Below, one piece after another: positions 56,901 through 62,884 of a stretch of DNA of 64,000 nucleotides (position 1 is the stretch's first letter; the number at the start of each line of letters is the position of its first letter). Made by a program: the position numbers and the translations under genes. The DNA is from a virus: positions 3,861 to 67,860 of the IMG/VR virus record IMGVR_UViG_3300047471_000541. One strand, 5' to 3'. The notes beneath the pieces were generated by a model. It searched no databases. It was not told the DNA's origin and saw only the letters and a list, made by a program, of their open reading frames with translations.

Positions 56901-57712
56901 GCTTTGTCTTTGGCCTCCTGCATCCGTTGATCGCGGATCGCCGGATCAACGCCCTGCCACTGCCACGGAAGTCCTTTGGCGACCTTGTACTGGTCGCCGG
57001 TTTTCATATCGGTTCGCAGAGGCAAACCCTCAAACGGATCGGTCAACTTCGGTTCGAGCGTGGTCGTCGGCCCCGCCCGCTGCTGATCCCTTAAAGCAGC
57101 CGCGCGCTCGAACTTGTCAGGGCTTGATCCCGGTGGTGGCGACAAATCTTGCGGTGAAATAAAATCGTCGGCAGGCTGTCGCGTGACCGGCTGGAAACTA
57201 ATCTTCTTGGGGTTACCCGTTGAGTCGTAGGCGATGTTGTTGCTCTTGTCGTACTGCGTAAGTGGCGAGCCTGTATCGTCAGTGACCGCCGTTACCCCGC
57301 CATTGGCCTCTCGATAGGTCGGCACTCCGCGCGAGGCCAGATCGGACGCTTGCAGTCTGTTTGCGCGATCTGTTTGCGCTTGCGCCGCGCGAGCTGCGGC
57401 CTGCGCTGCCCGCTGCGCCGCAATCTGGCCTTTCTGTGCACGACCAGCCGCGAGCTCGTCGACAATCGGTTGGGTATCGACGTTGGTCTGCTGGAAGTTC
57501 TGGATCTGAGCAACCGGAGTGGCCTGCGCGACATTCGGTCCTGCCAAATCTACGTCGCGCGTGGTAATTCCGCCCGTGTTGGGAACAGTCGCTCCGGCTA
57601 AACGCCCCTGCGGCCCAGTTCCGTAATACTCATACGGCATCGTCGGCGGCGGAGGAGGAGGCGGCTGCTCCTCCTGCGTGTAATCGCCTACCTCATCGAG
57701 AGGATTCGCCAT
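41978..57712 (-). CDS. 5244-aa polyvalent (DarB-like/ejection) protein
   Basis: ParB-like region (about 50900-52000), SF2 helicase GPGAGKT/DEAQ/ATATP/QNIGRVNR (about 48100-49600), HEFGH zincin (47495-47509), TGT-like DSGAF/PDVLG/HLLG (about 45100-45790), helical C-terminus. Confidence 0.85.
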   Translation of the reverse strand: MANPLDEVGDYTQEEQPPPPPPPTMPYEYYGTGPQGRLAGATVPNTGGITTRDVDLAGPNVAQATPVAQIQNFQQTNVDTQPIVDELAAGRAQKGQIAAQRAAQAAARAAQAQTDRANRLQASDLASRGVPTYREANGGVTAVTDDTGSPLTQYDKSNNIAYDSTGNPKKISFQPVTRQPADDFISPQDLSPPPGSSPDKFERAAALRDQQRAGPTTTLEPKLTDPFEGLPLRTDMKTGDQYKVAKGLPWQWQGVDPAIRDQRMQEAKDKAIAKTSQLIGKKLTLDQADLVAGTAEHKQMMKELTASVPALQDPRLEGADRDTILKAINTHFDSEYAQPQANETNGWFSKDLSPAATQLRAHIDQRKADAIDTANGLYDLKDKLGDLSDRVQAGRDQERAALDTLMAHQQGQPGPLDQPPRTSSTGQPDQPQVTPQQQAIEAARIQPNYGPQQAAGMTAPGNIDYNTRPRVPNADGTTSTVKSISVGTDKGEVLIPTIADDGHEMSHDEAVAQYKQTGKNLGTFVGPESANAFAEANHDKMGTPDVFPSGKPYAVDSQDNVHFNPKDIAGSMAQAAKDGVIDPDRYAQVKPQLDAIQKATDDRNKLIAAAGDNPELKAMLNGAVKGSAFAAGFPVGAGIGGEIGALGGPLDWATIPIGATVGGLISGGIAQHTAGALIRKLGDYNDTIHSLSASSDLHPNYDLAGNLISFGAGAFTKGASKAISGGVEAIGGKLAGASAAEGTTAEAISNNFRRAQAINKAAAAGDPVSAADQAWASKTMAAQDPASVAARYANGIARSYYGSGGGLWNTVQNLKEDAAIRTAASASDADPGAVRAAVAKAIIGKVGLAAATNVAVDTIINEGMHAAGLQPQGETWQNAGAAALLGAFAAGHGLEFEGYNKTQVGDIVMRGKARMDNGIGLNENLTPQMEAQMAASFGNDPDGASRLASMRKPLTPKEVEVYEGFGRRMLELQRTGQLPMDPNTVEVSARQALQGGQPIKNTTVDIRGGEAPPVEKGPATPVTPTIGAGEPTNVPSEQQGAGQGQGPVQQTQPTGKPESTPRTITQPVDADAGAGGGITPAPVVTAGPTTTAGAGTTGQPVGGAGGGTTTAPGATVAPGGQAPVPAPEAQPGQETAQPPAVPAVDTHAVGDHITIDKGKWAGRWRVDGVDGGHTVLTNPENGEQTVLPTADINFNIGRGKIAVERAGAPEPAPVERPPTAEVPEPTPPAEAKGEAPAHTEILDKGDTVYWDRSSHSPELKDKAAPTFLDTARAKVLSVGGKHYAVPHALSGENSRKVDLDALLDVTNNTGDPAILHSKDITSVTPAEVQRSGDGWKIVKKGSVVYGKPKAEAPAEEAPKVATPQELYQKQTDAFNAYKALAHLLSTDPKRVAAWDAYQAAKAEFQKAAEKHGAPPEKPKGKPAPRKGENWLTKPFRTKAEADEFAAERPGTWVEPVTIDGKPAGYHVKFDPTVGPKPPEAPAKVTYSVVPAQDGFEVHDSTGVNHGYFSSKEGANNKIAELEKGAQPPSRGTGPETLPPTETPPTTGEGEPGVGGPAEPDNALHRHAEAEKIVQEYHDALPRGIRVSKLSGQSVPLTRVAPDKIPGGGIGARFTKSTGALDIVYAPEVVADTLDIATENQITLGKTPEEARAIALSAFERGMAGEAGHIREIIISGANVDKDRERVWKELNPRIKALMPEVYNWTGPKHFRDIVMAAEFQRMRFQLAHGIIPEEADFEPEAWAKLLPFLQEPETPWIEARLRAMDDLTKQDTELPFRSDDLNELYQFHAKKEDLSDSEAQQAVLEDALDGYDTVEEAVAAVDTAPPDYVHTTGTDHELSLDAFREAVELAKEQENDPKPVVIAPKPQIVSKVPRRPPTVPKEIGGPGPISDTDISQAEVIPSHEGSGDLGHEYIQMPNGDQIAVTYMLVDSRMVVDNPENEQPDASFKETQDYLLQTTGERTDNKPGYDRRFPFTKDPSFLQGPGVAVFVEGRYMKLGGHRRHYRDLIERAKYEEELPKRIEAFGINKQFVKDMQDAGGWPYLMAVVDDILEPEQEAAIGRVLNTTLEQPKIEEFEAISAARQLTPETLDTAGHLFERDLNKPPLTALKEAAAEDLVNAMFKDGALRETDRSKFIADNGGFTEQGAKFARLVLVGHIIDDVETLQLVNKTKALNKMINGLASLMTMKRRGQDMTKFTAMLKMEQERAKLGIKPIQYLQDLEQNLFDRRYLDIEAIFEWFHSFETPQAKKAFQKAVNDYFPLEKGAEDLMSQNIDLGEGLIRDKNLKTLSMMQPGKFGGMTAEERVLQALKKKEDSGKKLTPAEHDLRLKYEKKLGQKLLIDPNKTPRKLQESEDEFPLDEKPPEPKRAVLGGQSELDILAPGIDKSGQQTLFMQKPKLMAVPQPPKYPPTVTGEPFSEHIQKRDQYWDQLKNWASQIPENAPIVFTNPERPNNVSVVTPVVPRTETALESKVPGALIRPTKAGQWRTTTFHRPMVPQLTDQMVMKMQPGDWTPSGHDEHDSRIDAVLSATRLYPKYSPEVLFMAKPVKGAKQTDSLPGMDNLPEIVWKEGAIQEPEEGEEPPGEGEHVIRHWDGLSKSTGVSYSISEVQPSVFAIHFFNPEGGGADAIGEQSTFNDAKKAAETHLAMWKADNKNRPNRRESYKLEGPKAKESKDQGELFTGEKVEKPTGEKSKPVSLVMNRSGMTQKSRVQFLPERFKKIMKPHQQWGANLALWAFDGGTGFLNNDGPGAGKTVQQLAVGQVMANTKALPYDPEKNNYSKENGLSPKRRPLKQGMVHATLIVTENERIVHNAFAKDAEMLGIDAWRYRGDEVKPDRVYLATYNDVRSGLVKKGTFRTIIFDEAQGLRNAGYETAQALAGSDLSSVAQHVMYATATPFDKPEQIVYLAPLVGDAAVQEVYGSLGITWKRSVNPETGEVDIRFKYPDNITAQDIERVKEAIFDELTRNGKMISRNVPMDNVEVNFVEVPISDEAFIHADAMYRRIYEGVKVKSAQNAGGVAGMTVRAYLENQKIPAVIKKVQESTKKGNQVIVFASRIKEGTAGSYQQGIEGTLDKIHASLEKIYGKNTIGRVYGGDNKRSLRDIDRFQRNEIKVMLGTPNSAGTGINLDDIHGGVPRDLIIVTAPLSAIEGIQNIGRVNRLTTKSKAHVEFLFVDHPVDTWNIDIFAHKLVTLSAMVSGDLKNLKPLSQRTAEIKLNDDAVAVMTVFKREPQFQRIMRQMRTGEPGYISEQEARERLQSPNEAVRKDAQDKADKFFKDIQDETDRQRNNANQMSEDEIMELVDDPAKFSALSPGHAYLQHELEQFVKENTIFPTHAEMIRALAAQMKGEFLQRIDFASNPRMKALGTGGGTYGGRGSLTLQRGKKKARHNAILSNDKGKVFLHEFGHVAYFVLLTVPERRAVARLYAKLGGRSGTQAYFVQGTPQASTSKSRYYSNNVYEFFAESFAQYLYDKRVPGEILARLHDRVIAQYKRNFEMMRRRKDITRESGLLAIYEKGLDLKKEAKHIDYSYPDRSSLLLSTNPPKGLSRRETELWLRHKASIYNSLAGIRPQVLKPPAQGAAKFSTVQEYVTPRARPLPSGTEAIAPYAGQLALTGQKLPKSMGGAITPGQDRPIATETEKGGNVKHHFYILPRKGGGYALYQRTIGVPGQNMWTLYQRTGSLRKAPYDEVIGELRRTLLAGAGQGSRSVWHPYTPPEGEEAPPETMGMQQPRGKKKYASEITSAEGVGVRGEGGEVGEGASLRQPGEIARQGETQKGQGEIATGRGGGVPLRYDPSFKQPQPVSDEKLAAALTSNKAPLVGANRTLPKGTPVSVRIDIPSFLRSGTYAQTVHAPKLGKNIGYDSIVRLDGPVSFTVREGTSAKIRDQLISKAPIAAAEGKYNPDRALPSDINDLSKWTPLGFDPLEHSYFYDKTNDEPVVRADEAISVGNTVYVRNPVHGSRLEFLYMQAPKTPVTAFKSGANTDSIIDAYRNTKSNIGVDIQSAQPRHITKLADYAQAGGKVFVDSGAFGVKRRGGTVDFDKVFEKYSSLVEQSGNSAGNLSLVMPDVLGEQDTTLKLLDHYQAEIKKFIASGARAILPAQNGKLSLSEQYAHYKEKFGPNIAIGIPSNMDATPKQDVLRFFKQSQPTSVHLLGLGETKPNDKYLRALKLVSPRTQLSIDATWHRARVGQSRPITEKRADLKLDKADYTELFAEVFHDKWTPENPKEIKALAESFTFGGPAPVAAIAKAIKEGRLPEYLEHEAAFGDDNALLHAMDKYSMKLAELRYGRDLTREAIEHVVRTEDPNDPSRIGIPNEFTLGMLSPAQRKKLRGVFATVSKGSGLDWAKGALSDVAGLAPTSKGGMHLQAANDVREFLGERNRQAEIAKRKIQPSFPAKGGSWRMFVKMGADRTDIPYEYHPGTEFAHAMSTGKPVRPRGTIPSMVTPAGRKLEAALLARGHTQEEVNKMTPDQALDILYPPELDAAAKLYKELLDDRIRQAERADAPLSSVKQHYFPGYWTVQSRRAFNQAIDEILTDKEKEKFDANNTSEAKMAEIRARVKELIAQNSDKGSDQGWMSAFAKHPLKGPEKFRHEMVFTDKLTAEKFGLEPTMPNPADAIMAKLHELDQSIMANKIIQRWTEEGNMKIIPPTAKPPDGWREFPDPFGKVWAKSADYGLNLVGKRIVPNEYADIIENYLSDSLYESRYFGKPFGAWMAFANLLNQTQLGIGSAFHAGFTSMEAQISGLARLLQEVYGVMRGNRTMGDLGSVLKEQPTAMYSVPKAGDAVLNAYVSKTPSQDPRINQVVRAAELAGAGVSIEKGLRTDQIDAAYKDFYSGRKIRAAVRSPVALIELMAKPIMDFLVPRQKLGVFAHEAWRIIDMNPGKTLEELAPQFSMLWTTIDARLGQVQYKRLFGNNVAKNVLQMFVRAPGWTGGTILQLGGAVKDAGNFFKEWHDTGSLPKDLPPRTAYAISLVLMTAVMNAALTYLFSGKKPEGQDYWAFRTGREDEHGNPERFVLPTYMKDLYAYGKHPGETIMNKTHPAISLFGEIIKNRDYYGVQVRDPDASVIKQAYQSGKHIISAFQPFWWRGSQRAKERGKGFPEKVLPLVGVMPAPRALTQTPAQAELDAYYKTHNPQEGITPEQFEIQKGKRDLVSKLRRGEAPDITKAINTGVIHPRDISQLYKRARLGPIASAVDRLPLAEAEKVYALAEPREREQMTSILERKRAGSYRRGGGRTMFTGF

Positions 57713-57715
57713 GAT

Positions 57716-59275
57716 TTACACGTACTGGTCTGGTGGAGGCAACGGTGGTGGAACGTAAGGAGTTCGTTGAGGTGCGCCCCCGCCCAAAAACGCTGCCGTC
57801 GTCTGGTCGGTTTTGTTTATGTCCAGCTCCGGCGAAGTCTCGGTTTTCGCTATCGCGTTCTGATTGGTCGGCGTTTCAATGTCCGCCGCCTGCCGGTTGG
57901 AAACTCCCGCTGGCGTGGAACCGCCAGCCGACGCCTGAGTATTCGGCGCGGCAGTCGGAACTGAACCACGGAAAGGAAGAACGACACTCCCCGCGTTAGC
58001 AGGTGGCGTCACCAGATTATCAATCGGCGCTTTGGGTTGCCCGCCATACTGCGGATCAGAAGGCAGGTGCGGCGGAAGAACGTCCGGCCCTTCGCCGGTT
58101 GCCGGTGGCATGAATCGCTGGCGTTCCTCGTCAGTCTGCGGCACACCCATTTTCACCGCCGCTGGACTGTGAAGCAGGTTATCGAAAAAGCCACCTTGCC
58201 CACGCGCCACCCGCTCCTGTGGCGTCAAATTTTCAATCGGCGTCATTACCCCGCCTTGGTTGAGGTAGCGGCTTTCGGGTTTCTTGTTGCCGTCGCCCAC
58301 GCCAGCTTCACCCACGACTTTTCCAAGGTCAGGTTCTCCTGGTTTAATTCCAGCAGCGGCAGCGCCAGCAGCCATACGCGCCGCGTGATAATCGGGGTTC
58401 GGGTAAAACTCGTTGTTCGTGTGCAGGTAATCATGAACGTTGCCCGGGGTTCGATGAGCAATCACCGAATCCACGTTGTACGTTGCGCCCTTCGTTCCGT
58501 ACACGCCTTCCTCGTCCCGCCACGGAACCGCCGAGCGCGTTTCAAAAGAGTTCGGACCAGTGATGACAACTCGGTGCGACCCCGGCTTGTTCGGATCGCC
58601 CATCGTGCCAGCTTCCACGCTCGGGAGCCGGTTGCCGTACGGATCGCGGAACGGTCCGCGCTGATCAGCTCCACCGCCACCGCCCGCAACAGCAGCACCG
58701 CCGCCGGCAGTTCCACTGTTTATCCTTGCGGCTCGCGCGTCTTGGCCGGGATCATACCCGCGACCTGGACCGCCAATCAAAGTTTGTCCCTGCGGCGTCG
58801 AAGTCACCGCGTCCGCCGAAGGTCGTCCCGCGATAGCGTCGGCAGACAACGGGACACCCTGCACGTTGGCGACAGGCGTGCGCGTTCCGTTCCCGCTCGC
58901 CAGTTGCGCTCGACGCTGGTTGAGAGACGCCCCGCCAGCGCCGCCGCTTTCGACCTGCTTCAATCGCGCTGCCCACTCTTGGAGCTGCGGATCGGTGTGC
59001 ATCCGGCTCGGGTCATTACTCATCCTCGCTGCGATATTGGCTCGCAACCACTTGGGATCATGCAACACATCGGTCTGCCCGTAAGCGTCCTTGTTCGTGG
59101 TGTACGCATCCTTGTTCGTGGTGTAGGCGTCTTTGTTTCGGTCGTAGGCCGCGTTGAGCCCCACCCCGCCACCGCCGATTCGTGGCGCTGGTGCTCCGCT
59201 GCCGCCCGCCGAGCTACTGGTTTGCGGAGCGTTCTCATCCGCTGGATCAATTAGCCGCCGTTGTCGTCGTGCCAT
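57716..59275 (-). CDS. Gly/Pro/Ala-rich internal virion (ejection-type) protein
   Basis: Low-complexity ORF directly upstream of the giant protein; start MARRQRR behind the promoter motif. Confidence 0.6.
   Translation of the reverse strand: MARRQRRLIDPADENAPQTSSSAGGSGAPAPRIGGGGVGLNAAYDRNKDAYTTNKDAYTTNKDAYGQTDVLHDPKWLRANIAARMSNDPSRMHTDPQLQEWAARLKQVESGGAGGASLNQRRAQLASGNGTRTPVANVQGVPLSADAIAGRPSADAVTSTPQGQTLIGGPGRGYDPGQDARAARINSGTAGGGAAVAGGGGGADQRGPFRDPYGNRLPSVEAGTMGDPNKPGSHRVVITGPNSFETRSAVPWRDEEGVYGTKGATYNVDSVIAHRTPGNVHDYLHTNNEFYPNPDYHAARMAAGAAAAGIKPGEPDLGKVVGEAGVGDGNKKPESRYLNQGGVMTPIENLTPQERVARGQGGFFDNLLHSPAAVKMGVPQTDEERQRFMPPATGEGPDVLPPHLPSDPQYGGQPKAPIDNLVTPPANAGSVVLPFRGSVPTAAPNTQASAGGSTPAGVSNRQAADIETPTNQNAIAKTETSPELDINKTDQTTAAFLGGGAPQRTPYVPPPLPPPDQYV
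59081..59137 (-). repeat. 21-nt coding tandem repeat (NKDAYTT, about 3 copies)
   Basis: NKDAYTTNKDAYTTNKDAY. Confidence 0.8.
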
Positions 59276-59313
59276 AAGCCGCCCTCTGCCCATAGAGGGC
59301 GGCTCTTGCAAGC
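59276..59313 (-). promoter_or_regulatory. conserved promoter motif overlapped by an 11-bp inverted repeat
   Basis: GCTTGC-N19-CAGAGG; AGCCGCCCTCT-N6-AGAGGGCGGCT. Confidence 0.55.
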
Positions 59314-59320
59314 AAAAAAC

Positions 59321-59536
59321 TTATTTCCCGATGGAAGGAAATTTCGATTTTACTTTGGCACGCACCGCAGCCGCCACCGGTTTTCCGCTGCTCCGAGCCA
59401 GCGCATTTCGCGCGTGGCTCTTGTCCGGTATCGGATAACTCCCGCTCCCCGCTCCCTTGGGGCCACTCCCTTTTCCCGGCAACGCAAAATCACTCCTCGG
59501 GAGCGACTGCCTTCTCGCTGAACTTAGTTTCGCCAT
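59321..59536 (-). CDS. small basic phage protein
   Basis: R..LP.SDFALP...YPIPD.SHARNALAR motif seen in phage head modules. Confidence 0.75.
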   Translation of the reverse strand: MAKLSSARRQSLPRSDFALPGKGSGPKGAGSGSYPIPDKSHARNALARSSGKPVAAAVRAKVKSKFPSIGK

Positions 59537-59553
59537 TGTTAATCACCCCCTTT

Positions 59554-61671
59554 TCATGAGAACATCGCTTTGGCCAAATTGGGTTTCCGCACTTCCTTGA
59601 AAATTCCCTCCGGCGCCCTCGTGTACCGGCTCGCCCGCACAATCTCTTTCATCCCTACCCCGATCGCTTCGGCGTCCCGTTTCACCTTGGAATTTCTGCC
59701 GTCCACCTGAAACATCTGCATCACACTCTCAATGTCCCCGACGTCGAGCCGACCGTTACGGACAACCTCGGCCAGCGCGCCGATCCAAAGCGAACGGTTG
59801 TACTCGTTAGGTTCCCACCCGAACTGGATCATCGTGTTCTCTTTTCCGTGGCGGATGTGCTCGAAGTCCTCCTTCGCGTACACGCTCACCCCGGCTTTCA
59901 AGAGCTCGTCAATCACGTCGCCGCGTTCGTTCTGAATCGGGATCGTGTAGCAATCCCCGTAATACCTGGTCAGACTAAGAACACTTTGCGCCAGCGGTCC
60001 GGCATCCAGCCGACAAGGTTTGCGTACCTTTGCGACGAGTCGGGCAGGAGCGATGACGTCTTTTCCCTCGATCCTGCTTCCCTCGCTGTAACCGGCTCGC
60101 AGGACAATGACAACGTGATGCCCGAAGGCGTCGTCGTGCCACACGGGGTTAACCACACAGAGGTAATTTCGACCCACAATAGGTCGTTCCCAAATATCCA
60201 GCCATGCCTCTTTTCCACCCACCTCAGTTGTAACATCTTTCCCGGCCAAAACCAAACTCATGCGTTCCGGAACGCTGCCGCGCGCCACAGACTCGAGTTT
60301 CCGCAGCCCAGTCTCATCCAGGAGCGCCGCCGCCAAGGAAGTGTCCACACCCAAAACCCCAAAGAGCGAGTCGGCGCGGTCAGGGCTTTCCACGTTGCGC
60401 TTGGCCATGTCTTTTTTGGATTCCGCCCCAAGCTCGCCGTCACTCGTAAACTTGATCCGGCGACTGGTGGCCTGCTTATACAGGATCGGGTCGTCGGGAA
60501 TAATGTACGACTGATCGTGCATCTTCTTACTGCCCTCGTGCCAGTCTTCCGCGCCCTTGTTCTCGTAGATCGGGTTAACCGCGTCGTCGTCGTTGTTGAC
60601 CGCCACAATCGGCCAGCCCATCTCGTGGAAGCGGCTGATAATCGCTACACCCATCCCGCCAGCGTCCCCGTAGGTTTCACTCGGTAAAAGCCCGCGCTTA
60701 TTGAATTCCACCAGACACCGGCCAATCGAACTCATGACGTTGTGATCGCGCCAGCAAATCTGCTCCACCTTGTTGCCTTCCTTGAAGGAAATCACGTTCT
60801 CGTTCCTGCCGGCCGCAAAATCCACAAACGCCGCGCGACCACCGTGAATGTAGGGAGGCCGCGCCTCCTGCGCCCCTTTCATGACACTCTTGGGCACGAT
60901 AAACATCGTGTCGGCGTCGGCGTCCATGAATTCCCCGAACAACGTCGATTGCGTGAAAGGATGGTCGATCCCGTACTCGGCAATCGTCGAATCGATCCGC
61001 TCCTTCGGGATCCACGGACAATCCGCTAACCCCACCTTCATTGTCTCGAACCCCGTGGGATTTTCCTTCGTCTTTTTTAATATCGTGTGGCTATCGAAAA
61101 AACGTCCCTCGTTCAGTCCCGGCGAACTCACGTATCCCTGCCCGTTATACGTGCAGCGGTTCCCAGCATCGAACACGCGGTTATCGATCGATTTTGCTTC
61201 GTCGAACAACATCACTAACGGGCCGTCCAAGTCGTCGATCTTATGCCAGCCTTCCGCGCGGCCAGGGTCATCGGTCGTAAACCCGATAATGAATCCGCCC
61301 TCGGGCGTGTGAACCTCCCTCTCAATAAAACGCCAGCCCTTGTCGTTCTCAAACTTGTTCCGGTGCTGCGTGATCGACGGCCAGCACTGGTGGTCAAGCT
61401 GCTTACTGTCGAAAGAAACAATCACGAACTTCGCCTTATCAAACATCGAAATCGTGTAAAGCCCCAGCCCCGCCACGATGATCGAACTTTTCCCGCTCCC
61501 GTTCGGAGTCGAAAGCGTCGCGCGTACCACCCGGCGCGGATCGCGAAATTTGTTCAGGAAAGCACCCTGCCAGGGCGCCAGCTTCTTCCTTCCCTCCAAC
61601 AGAACGCGGTAAACAAATCCTGCCGGAGTCGCCAGCGCCAAACGTTCCGACTCATTTAATTGGTCGAACAT
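59554..61671 (-). CDS. terL: terminase large subunit with C-terminal extra domain
   Basis: PNGSGKS, MLFDEA, SSPG, DFAAGRNE, GDAGGMG, SPDRADS. Confidence 0.9.
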   Translation of the reverse strand: MFDQLNESERLALATPAGFVYRVLLEGRKKLAPWQGAFLNKFRDPRRVVRATLSTPNGSGKSSIIVAGLGLYTISMFDKAKFVIVSFDSKQLDHQCWPSITQHRNKFENDKGWRFIEREVHTPEGGFIIGFTTDDPGRAEGWHKIDDLDGPLVMLFDEAKSIDNRVFDAGNRCTYNGQGYVSSPGLNEGRFFDSHTILKKTKENPTGFETMKVGLADCPWIPKERIDSTIAEYGIDHPFTQSTLFGEFMDADADTMFIVPKSVMKGAQEARPPYIHGGRAAFVDFAAGRNENVISFKEGNKVEQICWRDHNVMSSIGRCLVEFNKRGLLPSETYGDAGGMGVAIISRFHEMGWPIVAVNNDDDAVNPIYENKGAEDWHEGSKKMHDQSYIIPDDPILYKQATSRRIKFTSDGELGAESKKDMAKRNVESPDRADSLFGVLGVDTSLAAALLDETGLRKLESVARGSVPERMSLVLAGKDVTTEVGGKEAWLDIWERPIVGRNYLCVVNPVWHDDAFGHHVVIVLRAGYSEGSRIEGKDVIAPARLVAKVRKPCRLDAGPLAQSVLSLTRYYGDCYTIPIQNERGDVIDELLKAGVSVYAKEDFEHIRHGKENTMIQFGWEPNEYNRSLWIGALAEVVRNGRLDVGDIESVMQMFQVDGRNSKVKRDAEAIGVGMKEIVRASRYTRAPEGIFKEVRKPNLAKAMFS

Positions 61672-61939
61672 TGAAAGAAGCCATCATCTGCGTCACAAAG
61701 AGCGCGTCCTTCTTCGGCTCGCGTTTCAGTTTGAGCGCCCGCACCATCTTGCTCCCCTTCACTGTGCAAAGCGCAAACACAATGTGCCTCGTCGTCACAC
61801 AGGGCATCAGACACAAATCTAGCGCTCTCATTACCTCAACCTTCTCCCCCTCCTCCTTCGCCCCACGAGCAAATTCCTCCATCCACTTCAATACCGGCCC
61901 ACGGTAACACTGCGGAATCTCAATCTGATGCGGATCCAT
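61652..61939 (-). CDS. hypothetical protein
   Basis: GGGAGG RBS; begins MDPHQIEIP. Confidence 0.6.
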   Translation of the reverse strand: MDPHQIEIPQCYRGPVLKWMEEFARGAKEEGEKVEVMRALDLCLMPCVTTRHIVFALCTVKGSKMVRALKLKREPKKDALFVTQMMASFNVRPIK

Positions 61940-62123
61940 TTCCCTCCCGCTTGACCCCCAGAAATCGGCGGTCTTTCTTGAACTTGGCAAGCAAAAATTG
62001 CGTGTCCACTCCCTCCACCCTAACCCTCAACTTGCGACCCATCGCCAACACTTCCAGCGCGTTCTTGTCAAAACGATGCTTCTTCCACTTCTTCGCCTTC
62101 GCCCGCGCCAGTCGCCCTGTCAT
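61920..62123 (-). CDS. small basic hypothetical protein
   Basis: MTGRLARAK...; start uncertain. Confidence 0.4.
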   Translation of the reverse strand: MTGRLARAKAKKWKKHRFDKNALEVLAMGRKLRVRVEGVDTQFLLAKFKKDRRFLGVKREGNGSASD

Positions 62124-62266
62124 AGACGGTGGGTCAAAAGGAGCACCAGCACTATCACGATCAAAATGAACAACAGCCCGTGACTCCGGTAGCCGTACCC
62201 GTATCCCCCTGTCGGCACACCGCCCAAGAGAATCAGGATCAAAATGATTATCAGGATCAGTCCCAC

Positions 62267-62482
62267 CTATCCGCCTCCACCTAACGCCCAACGCGGAACC
62301 TCAGCCCGACGTCCAGCGTTCTTGAACACCGTCCCGATGTTCCCAAAGAGTATCGCCGCTACCAGAAACGCCAGACCGAACGCCAGCAACCTGTAATAGT
62401 TCGGCACCGTGGCGATCTGCCAGGCAGCGAGACAAAAACATACGAACGAAAATACCAGTAATACTAATCCTAGCTTGTCCAT
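62267..62482 (-). CDS. small two-TM membrane protein
   Basis: MDKLGLVLLVFSFVCFCLAAW...LLAFGLAFLVAAILFG. Confidence 0.6.
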   Translation of the reverse strand: MDKLGLVLLVFSFVCFCLAAWQIATVPNYYRLLAFGLAFLVAAILFGNIGTVFKNAGRRAEVPRWALGGGG

Positions 62483-62510
62483 GAATTTGCAGCGTGTTAC
62501 AACCCACCAC

Positions 62511-62699
62511 ATGAAGCAAGCCCAAATTGTCCTCAACGCCGTCGAAAACGGGTTCACCCTCCAAGTCACCGGCACCACCAACGAAGGCCGCGGTATCAAT
62601 CGCCAACTCGTCGCCATTTCCGATGAAGACGCAAAGAAAAAACTTCACGCCGCCATCGACGACCTCTTTAAACCTGAAGCGCCCAAAAAATCTTCCTAG
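62511..62699 (+). CDS. small hypothetical protein (lone + strand gene)
   Basis: MKQAQIVLNAVENGFTLQV looks protein-like; no clear RBS. Confidence 0.45.
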   Translation: MKQAQIVLNAVENGFTLQVTGTTNEGRGINRQLVAISDEDAKKKLHAAIDDLFKPEAPKKSS

Positions 62700-62884
62700 C
62701 GCAAATACCGCCCGCCCTTCTCCCTCGGATCGTTTACCCGCCCCTTCGGCATCTTCATCACCAACTTCTCCCCGCTCCCCTTCGGTACCGACCCGTCCCG
62801 CGCCGGCGCCTTACTCTGCAACTTCCCGTGTTGCGACCCATGCCTGTAATTCGTCCCACCAGTTACTTCGTTCATGATGCCCAA
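62696..62884 (-). CDS. small basic Gly-rich protein
   Basis: ORF only; start may be the internal ATG. Confidence 0.45.
   Translation of the reverse strand: MGIMNEVTGGTNYRHGSQHGKLQSKAPARDGSVPKGSGEKLVMKMPKGRVNDPREKGGRYLR

Noticed and set aside
41978-57712. N4-like virion RNA polymerase as the identity of the giant ORF
   Set aside because: No polymerase catalytic motifs were recognised; the recognisable domains are helicase, zincin, ParB-like and TGT-like.
59081-59137. 21-nt tandem repeat as a regulatory array
   Set aside because: In frame with synonymous variation, so it is a protein-level repeat.
5700-62400. Long + strand ORFs (e.g. 58037-59254, 41921-42898, 23745-24617, 13126-13959)
   Set aside because: Antisense shadows of well-supported - strand genes in GC-rich DNA, with no recognisable motifs.
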